From Candidatus Heimdallarchaeota archaeon (lineage in GTDB: Archaea; Asgardarchaeota; Heimdallarchaeia; Heimdallarchaeales; Heimdallarchaeaceae), in the NCBI GenBank assembly GCA_030668875.1, contig DAOVER010000088.1, positions 1 to 7,707 of the forward strand: DNA of 7,707 nucleotides. Direction: 5' to 3'. Under the pieces are notes generated by a model that was given only the letters and a program-made list of their open reading frames with translations, was not told the origin of the DNA and did no database searches. The translations under genes and the position numbers were made by a program. Each line of letters opens with the position of its first letter. Within the stretch, counting starts at the first letter, position 1. This document shows, piece by piece, positions 1-6,598 of this stretch.

Positions 1-2
1 AC

Positions 3-1253
3 GGTAATAGTTATCCAGCTGATAATCTTGATTTACTTAAAGAACATGAGATGCTAGATGATTTTTGGTCTGGAGGAAGGATAGTTAACAATTATTCAGA
101 CATAAATGCTGCTTCACTCCATTTAGGTGGATTTTATGATATCTTCTGTCAAGATACAATAAATGCGTTCATGGCTTATCAATACCAAGGAGGAACATCA
201 GCTTTGGGGAATGCAAAATTAATTATGGGACCCTGGGTTCATGGGATGGCTACAGTTCCTACTGGAGAGATCACCTTTCCTTATCAGAATTTAGGTACCC
301 TGTTCAAAGCAGGTGATGCTTTGTTTGAAAAATGGTTAAAGAACAATTCCACCTTGTGGGATCAACTTCCCACTGTTGCTTTCTATCTGATGAGTTCAAC
401 GAATTTTAACCCAGATACAAATGGTAATGGATGGTTTCAATCTGATAAGTGGCCTCTTGATACTGTCACTCAAGAACTCTTCTTTTACAATAATCTAAGT
501 CTTCTTCCAACAGCTAGTTCAAGTGCAACAGATAAATTAAATTTCATCTATGACCCTAATTCTCCAGTTCCCACAATCGGAGGTGGAAACCTCAATATCG
601 CTGCCGGTGCATATGACCAACAATCACTTGAAGAAAGAGATGACGTGTTAGTTTTCTCAACTCCAATTCTAACTGAACCTATATCAGTTGTTGGTCAAAT
701 TGAAGTTTCTTTATTCATCAGCTCAAATTGTATAGATACAGATTTCACAGTCAAGCTTACAGATGTGTACCCTGATAACACTTCAATGTTAATTACTGAT
801 ACAATTTTGAGAGTTAGAAATAGGGAAAGTGTGTCTAGTTGGAATTTTATGGTACCTGGAAACATCTATAACATAAATATTCCTTTTGACAGTACAGCTT
901 ATCATTTTAATGAAGGGCATCAGTTAAGAATAGATATATCTAGTTCTAATTATCCTAGATTTGAAGTTAATCCTAATACTGGGGATGGTTTATGGGATAA
1001 TGACACTACTCTGACTGCTAATAATACCATCTACACTAATTCAGTGTATGCATCAAAAGTAAGCTTGCCGTCTGTGAACTTAGGTGATCTTATACCTTTT
1101 AGTTTTGACGATGTTCATGCAGATTTGAATTACTCTTTTGTAGTAGTTAACTCAAAAATAACAACACAATTAAGTTACGTTAGTTTCCCTTTCACTACAG
1201 TTGCTTTAGTAAGAATCACTAGAGGAAAGAGTTCTAAGATTGAATTCCTCTAA
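3..1253 (+). CDS. CocE/NonD-family alpha/beta hydrolase (peptidase S15-like) with PepX_C-type domain; 5'-truncated by the window edge
   Basis: The frame is open from base 3 (GNSYPADNLDLLKEHE-MLDDFW), so the ATG at 51 is internal. It carries GGFYDIF (catalytic Asp region), GPWVHG (catalytic His), FIYDPNSPVPTIGG, YDQQSLEERDDVL, DTDFTVKLTDVYPD and LRIDISSSNYPRFEVNPNTG, all typical of CocE/NonD. The nucleophile Ser lies outside the window. Confidence 0.92.
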   Translation, partial: GNSYPADNLDLLKEHEMLDDFWSGGRIVNNYSDINAASLHLGGFYDIFCQDTINAFMAYQYQGGTSALGNAKLIMGPWVHGMATVPTGEITFPYQNLGTLFKAGDALFEKWLKNNSTLWDQLPTVAFYLMSSTNFNPDTNGNGWFQSDKWPLDTVTQELFFYNNLSLLPTASSSATDKLNFIYDPNSPVPTIGGGNLNIAAGAYDQQSLEERDDVLVFSTPILTEPISVVGQIEVSLFISSNCIDTDFTVKLTDVYPDNTSMLITDTILRVRNRESVSSWNFMVPGNIYNINIPFDSTAYHFNEGHQLRIDISSSNYPRFEVNPNTGDGLWDNDTTLTANNTIYTNSVYASKVSLPSVNLGDLIPFSFDDVHADLNYSFVVVNSKITTQLSYVSFPFTTVALVRITRGKSSKIEFL

Positions 1254-1266
1254 TTATTCTTTTCCC
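1220..1266 (+). terminator. Possible terminator: 8-bp inverted repeat plus pyrimidine tract
   Basis: TAGAGGAA (1220-1227) and TTCCTCTA (1245-1252) are perfect reverse complements with a 17-nt loop. They are followed by TTATTCTTTTCCCC immediately after the stop codon. Confidence 0.3.
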
Positions 1267-1325
1267 CAGGGTAAGTATTCGAATTCCTCTATCATATCAA
1301 TGAGGGGATGATTCTAGAACTTTCG

Positions 1326-1333
1326 TATATATA
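1326..1333 (+). promoter_or_regulatory. Candidate archaeal TATA box (TATATATA)
   Basis: TATATATA lies 26-33 nt upstream of an ATG at 1359. It is palindromic, so its orientation is ambiguous. Confidence 0.35.
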
Positions 1334-1389
1334 GCTCACTACTACTATCAACATAATTATGCTTAGCATTACTATGGATAGACCCAAAA

Positions 1390-1397
1390 TATTTAAG
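1390..1397 (+). promoter_or_regulatory. Candidate BRE/TATA (CCCAAAA-TATTTAAG) for a transcript starting near ATG 1421
   Basis: TATTTAAG lies 24-31 nt upstream of the in-frame ATG at 1421 and is preceded by an A-run. Confidence 0.35.
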
Positions 1398-2890
1398 TGA
1401 TACTTCATAGATTTCTCTTCATGGTATCTTTATTTGCTAGAAGTGTCAATGGTTATGCTAGAATTATTGGACGAATTTTGATGTTTATTTTACCTGTTAC
1501 TGTTTTTGCGGGAATTATTTATCTCAATATTGTTCAAAGTGGTGCTCCTTCAGAGATTCAACTAGCAGTTGATATTCTGTGGTATGTTTTTCTTTTCAAT
1601 AGCTTAATTCTTTCGCTTAATGGTGTTTTAGTCTCCTTTTCTTTTGATGGAGAAGTGAAAAAACTTACTAAGAAAGGGACACCAATTAACTCTTCAGCAG
1701 GTTTTAGAAACCTAGAGAGAAAATACAAAGCAAGTAATTTCTATCTGCTAATAATTTTGTTATTTGCTGTAATTTCTTATGGATTATATGTGTTATCGAT
1801 CTATGGGTCTGTTGAGGTTGCAGAATGGTTCAATGTTTCAGCTGAAGGATTTTCAACTCTTGCTTTCTATTTAGCTATTAGCAGCATAATTTTCGCATTC
1901 TCTGCTACAATTATCATTAAAGTCCCAACATTGACTGGTTTAACAGTTGGTAGTCTTTTACAATACTACGAAACAACTAGACATCCTTTCATAATCAAAT
2001 CTTTGATCTCAGAAGCTATTTCCACTTTAATTGACCCAATTACCAGAGTGTACTTCTTGCAGTGGTCTGAGAATATAGCTAATGACATCAGTGCTGATTT
2101 TGCTCCTAACATAAAACAAAAAAATGAGAGATCGACTTTAGCTGTACAAAATGTTCTAGTCTTATTATATCTGCATTATCGTTTTCCAGCAATTATCGAT
2201 AAGGATACTCTGGAAAGAGAATTATTCAGAATAGTATCGTTTGATTCTGTAGAAGAAATTATCTATGGAGATCAACTTAATCTTAAAGACTGGAAGACCA
2301 TTTATGAGTATTTAACAAAACAAACACCTGAAATATTCTTGATTATCGATAGAATTATTCTAACTCTAACTGAAACTCCAGAACAGTTTGATGCCAAAGA
2401 TTTCTGGATAAGTTCAGCAGTCCCCCCCATTCAGAAAAAGGAAGAATCTCAAGATATTCTATTCTTCATATTTAACCGCAAAGCAAGTGATCCCCATCCT
2501 CAAAAGCTTGAAATGAACTTCAGCGGAGCAGATGAATTATCACCTCGTGATCTAGATATAGAATTTACTATTCGTGCATATGATGATTTTGTTGTAATTC
2601 CACAAGATACATCTAACTTTTTGATTACAGAAAAGAGACAATTAATCAAACTAACAACTGGAATCCTTTATCAAGGAACAGGGATTTGGTTTTCAGTCCA
2701 TTCTGAGAATATTGGTTCTAATTTGGTAGCTTTATCTTTCTCATCAAATACCGAACCAGTTGCTACTCAAATATTTAACTTAAGAGTTGTGAGAGACTTT
2801 AAGTTCTATCTTCAATCATGGGGACCTAAACTTCTTGCTTCATTAGGTATCTTTCTACCAATTATTCGAGCCCTACTTGGGCTTGCCTAA
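1397..2890 (+). CDS. Uncharacterised membrane protein: 4 N-terminal TM helices, a large soluble region and a hydrophobic C-terminal helix
   Basis: 497-aa ORF starting at GTG 1397, with ATG 1421 as an alternative start. There are four hydrophobic segments in about the first 170 aa, with a Lys/Arg-rich loop between TM2 and TM3. The C-terminus is LLASLGIFLPIIRALLGLA. I recognise no family motif. Confidence 0.85.
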   Translation: MILHRFLFMVSLFARSVNGYARIIGRILMFILPVTVFAGIIYLNIVQSGAPSEIQLAVDILWYVFLFNSLILSLNGVLVSFSFDGEVKKLTKKGTPINSSAGFRNLERKYKASNFYLLIILLFAVISYGLYVLSIYGSVEVAEWFNVSAEGFSTLAFYLAISSIIFAFSATIIIKVPTLTGLTVGSLLQYYETTRHPFIIKSLISEAISTLIDPITRVYFLQWSENIANDISADFAPNIKQKNERSTLAVQNVLVLLYLHYRFPAIIDKDTLERELFRIVSFDSVEEIIYGDQLNLKDWKTIYEYLTKQTPEIFLIIDRIILTLTETPEQFDAKDFWISSAVPPIQKKEESQDILFFIFNRKASDPHPQKLEMNFSGADELSPRDLDIEFTIRAYDDFVVIPQDTSNFLITEKRQLIKLTTGILYQGTGIWFSVHSENIGSNLVALSFSSNTEPVATQIFNLRVVRDFKFYLQSWGPKLLASLGIFLPIIRALLGLA

Positions 2891-2899
2891 TTTTTCTTC
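2891..2899 (+). terminator. Possible oligo-T archaeal terminator
   Basis: TTTTTCTTC directly follows the TAA stop at 2890. Confidence 0.3.
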
Positions 2900-2953
2900 A
2901 CAAATTAATCCAAAAGATATTTATTGAATCAATGAAGAAATTAGCTGAACACA

Positions 2954-4009
2954 TTGAACGACATAGATCCTCGAATCAGAGAAGCTTATTTGTACAAAAG
3001 ATTGGGCAGTAGTAGCGTTCAATGTACTACATGCCATAAAATGTGTGTTCTACAAGAGGGAGAAATTGGGTTTTGCAAAACTAGAAAAAACATTGAAGGA
3101 AAATTACATACAATAGTGTATGGAGACATTTCAAGTTACAGTCTTCACCCAATTGAAAAGATGCCTGCTTATCAATACTTCCCTGGTTCAATTGCTTTAA
3201 CTTTCGGGAGTTGGGGGTGTAACATGGCATGTGATTGGTGCAACAATTGGGATATAACCATGAATAAACCTCCTAAAAAATTTAACCATGCAAGTTTAAT
3301 GACACCTGAAAAAGTAATTGAAAATGCCAATTTCAATCCGTCTATAAGTGGTGTTTGTTTTTCTTTTAATGAACCTACCATTTCTTTTGAATTTGCTATG
3401 GATGTATTTCAATCACTTTCAAACGACTTCTACAAATATTTTGTTACCAATGGATATATGACAGTCGAAGTACTTGATTTACTCATTAGTTCGGGATTGA
3501 ATGGGATGACAGTCAGTTTTAAAGGAACAGAAAATATTACAAATACTCTGTTAAATATTCAACAGAGAAAAATCTGGGATAACCTACAAATTGCTGCTCA
3601 AAGAGGAGTTCATCTAGAAATTGCATATCTTCTGATTCCATCATTAAATGATGATGAAGAATTCATCAGAGATTTTTCTCAAAAAGTTATCAAAAGGCTT
3701 TCTACAAACATTCCTGTTCATTTTCTGAGATATTTCCCATCACATTTGACCAAAGGTGAAAAAACTTCAGTTTCCAACCTTCAAAAGGCTCATACAATTG
3801 CAAAAAATGAAGGATTAAACTATGTTTATCTAGGGAACATACCAGGACACCCATTTCAGAGTACCTTCTGTCCTGATTGTTCAGAACTACTTATAAAACG
3901 AGATCAATTTTCTGTAACTTTTAGTAAAATTACTCCGGATAGCAGATGTCCTAGTTGCAATTTGCCTATTAACATCTTCCCTCACCGACCTCAATACATA
4001 AACACGTAA
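2954..4009 (+). CDS. amrS: AmmeMemoRadiSam-system radical SAM enzyme (PflA/activase-like)
   Basis: N-terminal EAYLY...CxxCxxxC-x9-C..R.N..G.L metal-binding region, PIEK motif, radical SAM CxxxCxxC (CNMACDWC, nt 3218-3241), FNEP, VTNGY, PVHFLRYFP, GLNYVYLGNIPG, and C-terminal CPDC...CPSC pairs. The start codon is TTG. Confidence 0.9.
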   Translation: MNDIDPRIREAYLYKRLGSSSVQCTTCHKMCVLQEGEIGFCKTRKNIEGKLHTIVYGDISSYSLHPIEKMPAYQYFPGSIALTFGSWGCNMACDWCNNWDITMNKPPKKFNHASLMTPEKVIENANFNPSISGVCFSFNEPTISFEFAMDVFQSLSNDFYKYFVTNGYMTVEVLDLLISSGLNGMTVSFKGTENITNTLLNIQQRKIWDNLQIAAQRGVHLEIAYLLIPSLNDDEEFIRDFSQKVIKRLSTNIPVHFLRYFPSHLTKGEKTSVSNLQKAHTIAKNEGLNYVYLGNIPGHPFQSTFCPDCSELLIKRDQFSVTFSKITPDSRCPSCNLPINIFPHRPQYINT

Positions 4010-4031
4010 GAATCACTCAAATCAAGAAAAG

Positions 4032-4056
4032 TTACATTAACTTTAAATGAATGTAA
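4032..4056 (+). promoter_or_regulatory. TATA box (CTTTAAAT, 4041-4048) enclosed by the inverted repeat TTACATT-N11-AATGTAA
   Basis: The TATA-like element is 24-31 nt upstream of ATG 4072. Perfect 7-bp arms lie at 4032-4038 and 4050-4056. Confidence 0.5.
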
Positions 4057-4071
4057 TATAATTTTCTAATC

Positions 4072-5199
4072 ATGATTGTACATTCACTTGTTTATGCAGC
4101 CGTTTCGTTATCAATTATAATCGCTATGATAATTGTAGTCATTTGGAAACAATTTGAGCTTGCATCGTCCTCAGTCTATTTTATGTTGGGTATTTTGGTA
4201 GGTATTGCGGGTTGGATAATTGGAGATATGCTGCAAATTATTTTAAGTAAACCAGGTTATGAACCTTGGGTGTTAGTCTTTTCACAGTTTGCTACAATTT
4301 GTAACATGGTAGCAATGATTTCTACCGTTCTGTTTGCTAGAGTATTAAGTGCCCGAGAAACACTTAATTCCAAAGCTGTAGCATTTGCCTTCGCTTTGTT
4401 CGGTGCAGTTGTACTTATGACAATAGCTGGAGGATATCCACATAACGATCAATTATGGACATATACTGTTAAGGAGTATAATTCGGATCTTCAGTTTACA
4501 GCAACTAATACAAGTCTCGTGTGGCAAATTGCTGACGGTGCTATGGTCTTATTTGCAGGCGGGATAATGATGTGGTATCTTTATCGTCAGAGAGGATTTG
4601 TAGAGGATAAACACAAGAAAATCATTAGTTTTATGATGGTTGGTACCTTCTTTGCATTCATTGTTAGTGCAATAATTTACGCATTTTATGGAATTGACCC
4701 CTATATGTTCAGAGCTGTTCTTCATTTAGAGCTTGTTACTGCAGCAATTGGAGCTGCGATGATTGGCATAGGGATGATTTGGGGCGGAAAACAAGTTTTA
4801 TATGGCTCGTCAAGAGTTTATTCTATTCACATCTTTGATGAAGGTGGTCTCAGTCTTTATGCAGGATTGTTGGGTGCCGCTGAATACGATGTTAACGAGC
4901 ATTTAATCTCTGGGGTTGCAACCGCAATTTCCAACTTTACAGGTCAGCTGGTTGGTAAAGATATTGTACCATATGAAATTGAACTTGGTGACTATGCATT
5001 GATGCTAGAACAAAAAGAGGAGTATATAGGTTTCATAATCTGTGAATTTCCATCAGCTCAAGTTAGAGCAGGTCTAAAAAACATAATGAACGATTTTGAC
5101 CCTAAAATGAGTAATGATGAAATTTCAAGTATAATTGATGGTTATATGCCTTATGGGAAACCAAGAGTAATGGATATATTTGAGGATTTTCCTGAGTAA
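4072..5199 (+). CDS. 7TM receptor-like membrane protein fused to a C-terminal longin-like domain
   Basis: Seven hydrophobic segments occur in aa 3-238, with basic loops after TM3 and TM5, implying N-out/C-in topology. Residues ~248-360 follow the longin b-b-a-b-b-b-a-a pattern (VYSIHIFD-EGG-LSLY; EHLISGVATAISNFTGQLV; YEIELG; YALMLEQ; YIGFIICE; SAQVRAGLKNIMNDF). The fold assignment is by pattern recognition. Confidence 0.78.
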   Translation: MIVHSLVYAAVSLSIIIAMIIVVIWKQFELASSSVYFMLGILVGIAGWIIGDMLQIILSKPGYEPWVLVFSQFATICNMVAMISTVLFARVLSARETLNSKAVAFAFALFGAVVLMTIAGGYPHNDQLWTYTVKEYNSDLQFTATNTSLVWQIADGAMVLFAGGIMMWYLYRQRGFVEDKHKKIISFMMVGTFFAFIVSAIIYAFYGIDPYMFRAVLHLELVTAAIGAAMIGIGMIWGGKQVLYGSSRVYSIHIFDEGGLSLYAGLLGAAEYDVNEHLISGVATAISNFTGQLVGKDIVPYEIELGDYALMLEQKEEYIGFIICEFPSAQVRAGLKNIMNDFDPKMSNDEISSIIDGYMPYGKPRVMDIFEDFPE

Positions 5200-5231
5200 A
5201 GAAACTCTATTTGAAAAATCTAATATACTCC

Positions 5232-5243
5232 TTTTTTCTTTTT
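5232..5243 (+). terminator. Possible oligo-T terminator (T6-C-T5) for the 7TM-longin gene
   Basis: TTTTTTCTTTTT begins 33 nt after the stop at 5199 and ends just before the deaminase ATG at 5249. Confidence 0.35.
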
Positions 5244-5248
5244 ATAAC

Positions 5249-6598
5249 ATGGACTTAGCTGTTAGAGGAAAAATTGCACTCTATTTTGATGACCATCATA
5301 AGCTACAAATTGTTAAGGATCCATTAATCATTATTGAAGATAACTCAATAGTTGATATTGGTTCTTTTGATGATAAAAGAAATCTCATCGCTGGTCATGA
5401 TGTTGTTGGAGATGAAAATCAGTTACTAATCCCAGGGCTTGTGAATTGTCACACTCATTTAGCCATGACTCTTTTTAGAGGATTGGCTGATGACCTTCCT
5501 TTAGACAAATGGCTCAAGGAGCACATCTGGCCATTAGAAGACAAACTTCAATCAGCTGATGTGTACTATGGAGCTAAACTTGGTGCTTTGGAATCTATTG
5601 CTTCAGGAGTAACAACAGTTAATTCTATGTATTGGTTTCCATCTGATGAAGCAAGAGCTTTTGCAGATAGTGGTTTAAGAGGGTTCATAGGAGCTCCTGT
5701 AATAACGGGGATAGCAACTTTATCAGAAGCTATCAATGTTATAGAGAAACACCACGATACAGTAGATGGAAGAATAAGAGCGTGTCTGTCATTGCATTCT
5801 CCATATACAGTAACAGTGCAAGACTTCAAAGATTCAGCAGAATATATCAACAATTATAATGAAAATACATCTAAACCAAAATTACTTCTGCATACACATT
5901 TAGCTGAATCTAAAACTGAAATGCAAGATAGCAGAGAATTAAACAAAAAACATGACCAAACTTACCCAGATGTTTCAACACCAACAGAATTTTTGAATGA
6001 AATAGGTATCTTGAATGAAAATCTTATTGCAGCTCATTGCATACATCTTACTGAAAAAGACATTCAACTGTTTAAAGATGCTAGAGCTAGAATCTCTTTA
6101 AACCCACTTTCTAATGCTAAACTTGGCAACTATATGCCTCCAGTCTTAGGAATCATAGATCAAATAGAAAATGTTGGCTTAGGAACTGATGGACCTGCAA
6201 GTAACAATACTTTGGACCTTTTTGATACCATTAGATTTTTAGCTCTATATTACAAAGGTTTCTACCATGATCCAACACTAGTTCAAGCTGAACAAGTTTT
6301 TCGTTTGGCAACTATAGGTGGAGAAAAAGCTGTTAATTGGAAGGGGATAGGTTTGTTAGAACCCAACACTTCAGCTGATATTGTAACTATCAACTTGAAA
6401 AAACCCCATCTAACTCCCAATGAATCTGACGATGCAATTTTGAATCATTTTGCTTATTCAATGAAGGGCAGTGACGTTGAAAATGTAATTATTGATGGGG
6501 ATCTGATTTTTAAGAATAGAAGCTTTGTTGATCAGAATGTAGATGAAGTCATGGGAAAAGTAGAAGGAATTGCTCAACGACTGTTATCTAAAGATTGA
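5249..6598 (+). CDS. mtaD: Amidohydrolase-superfamily deaminase of the MtaD/DadD type (5'-methylthioadenosine / 5'-deoxyadenosine / SAH deaminase family), 449 aa
   Basis: PGLVNCHTHLAMTLFRGLADDLPLDKWLKEHIWPLE (HxH and substrate Glu), LHSPYT, HTHLAES, AAHCIHL, NPLSNAKL and GLGTDGPASNNTLDLF. The start is moved from the ORF track's TTG 5180 to ATG 5249, because the extra 23 codons cross the previous stop and a T-tract. The symbol is a family-level assignment. Confidence 0.9.
   Translation: MDLAVRGKIALYFDDHHKLQIVKDPLIIIEDNSIVDIGSFDDKRNLIAGHDVVGDENQLLIPGLVNCHTHLAMTLFRGLADDLPLDKWLKEHIWPLEDKLQSADVYYGAKLGALESIASGVTTVNSMYWFPSDEARAFADSGLRGFIGAPVITGIATLSEAINVIEKHHDTVDGRIRACLSLHSPYTVTVQDFKDSAEYINNYNENTSKPKLLLHTHLAESKTEMQDSRELNKKHDQTYPDVSTPTEFLNEIGILNENLIAAHCIHLTEKDIQLFKDARARISLNPLSNAKLGNYMPPVLGIIDQIENVGLGTDGPASNNTLDLFDTIRFLALYYKGFYHDPTLVQAEQVFRLATIGGEKAVNWKGIGLLEPNTSADIVTINLKKPHLTPNESDDAILNHFAYSMKGSDVENVIIDGDLIFKNRSFVDQNVDEVMGKVEGIAQRLLSKD

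Noticed and set aside
1254-1396. Box C/D sRNA or a tiny minus-strand ORF (MIEEFEYLPWGKE, 1295-1254) in the intergenic gap
   Set aside because: There is no proper RUGAUGA/CUGA box pair, and the 13-codon ORF has no support beyond a palindromic TATA about 30 nt away.
2932-3012. ATG 2932 ORF (MKKLAEHIER...) as a frameshifted true start of amrS
   Set aside because: The TTG 2954 frame already supplies the expected N-terminus (..EAYLY..CxxC), and no slippery site is evident.
3172-3381. 69-aa minus-strand ORF
   Set aside because: Lies wholly antisense to the radical SAM gene and has no recognisable motif; a shadow ORF.
4072-4791. Rhodopsin identity for the 7TM domain
   Set aside because: TM7 has no mid-helix retinal-binding Lys (no DxxxK or SxxxK). 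K240 lies beyond the helix end.
5180-5248. Apparent overlap between the 7TM-longin gene and the deaminase (TTG 5180 start)
   Set aside because: An artefact of longest-ORF calling. The extension translates a T-tract, and the amidohydrolase N-terminal strand begins at ATG 5249.
5566-5853. 95-aa minus-strand ORF
   Set aside because: Antisense to the conserved deaminase core and has no motif; a shadow ORF.
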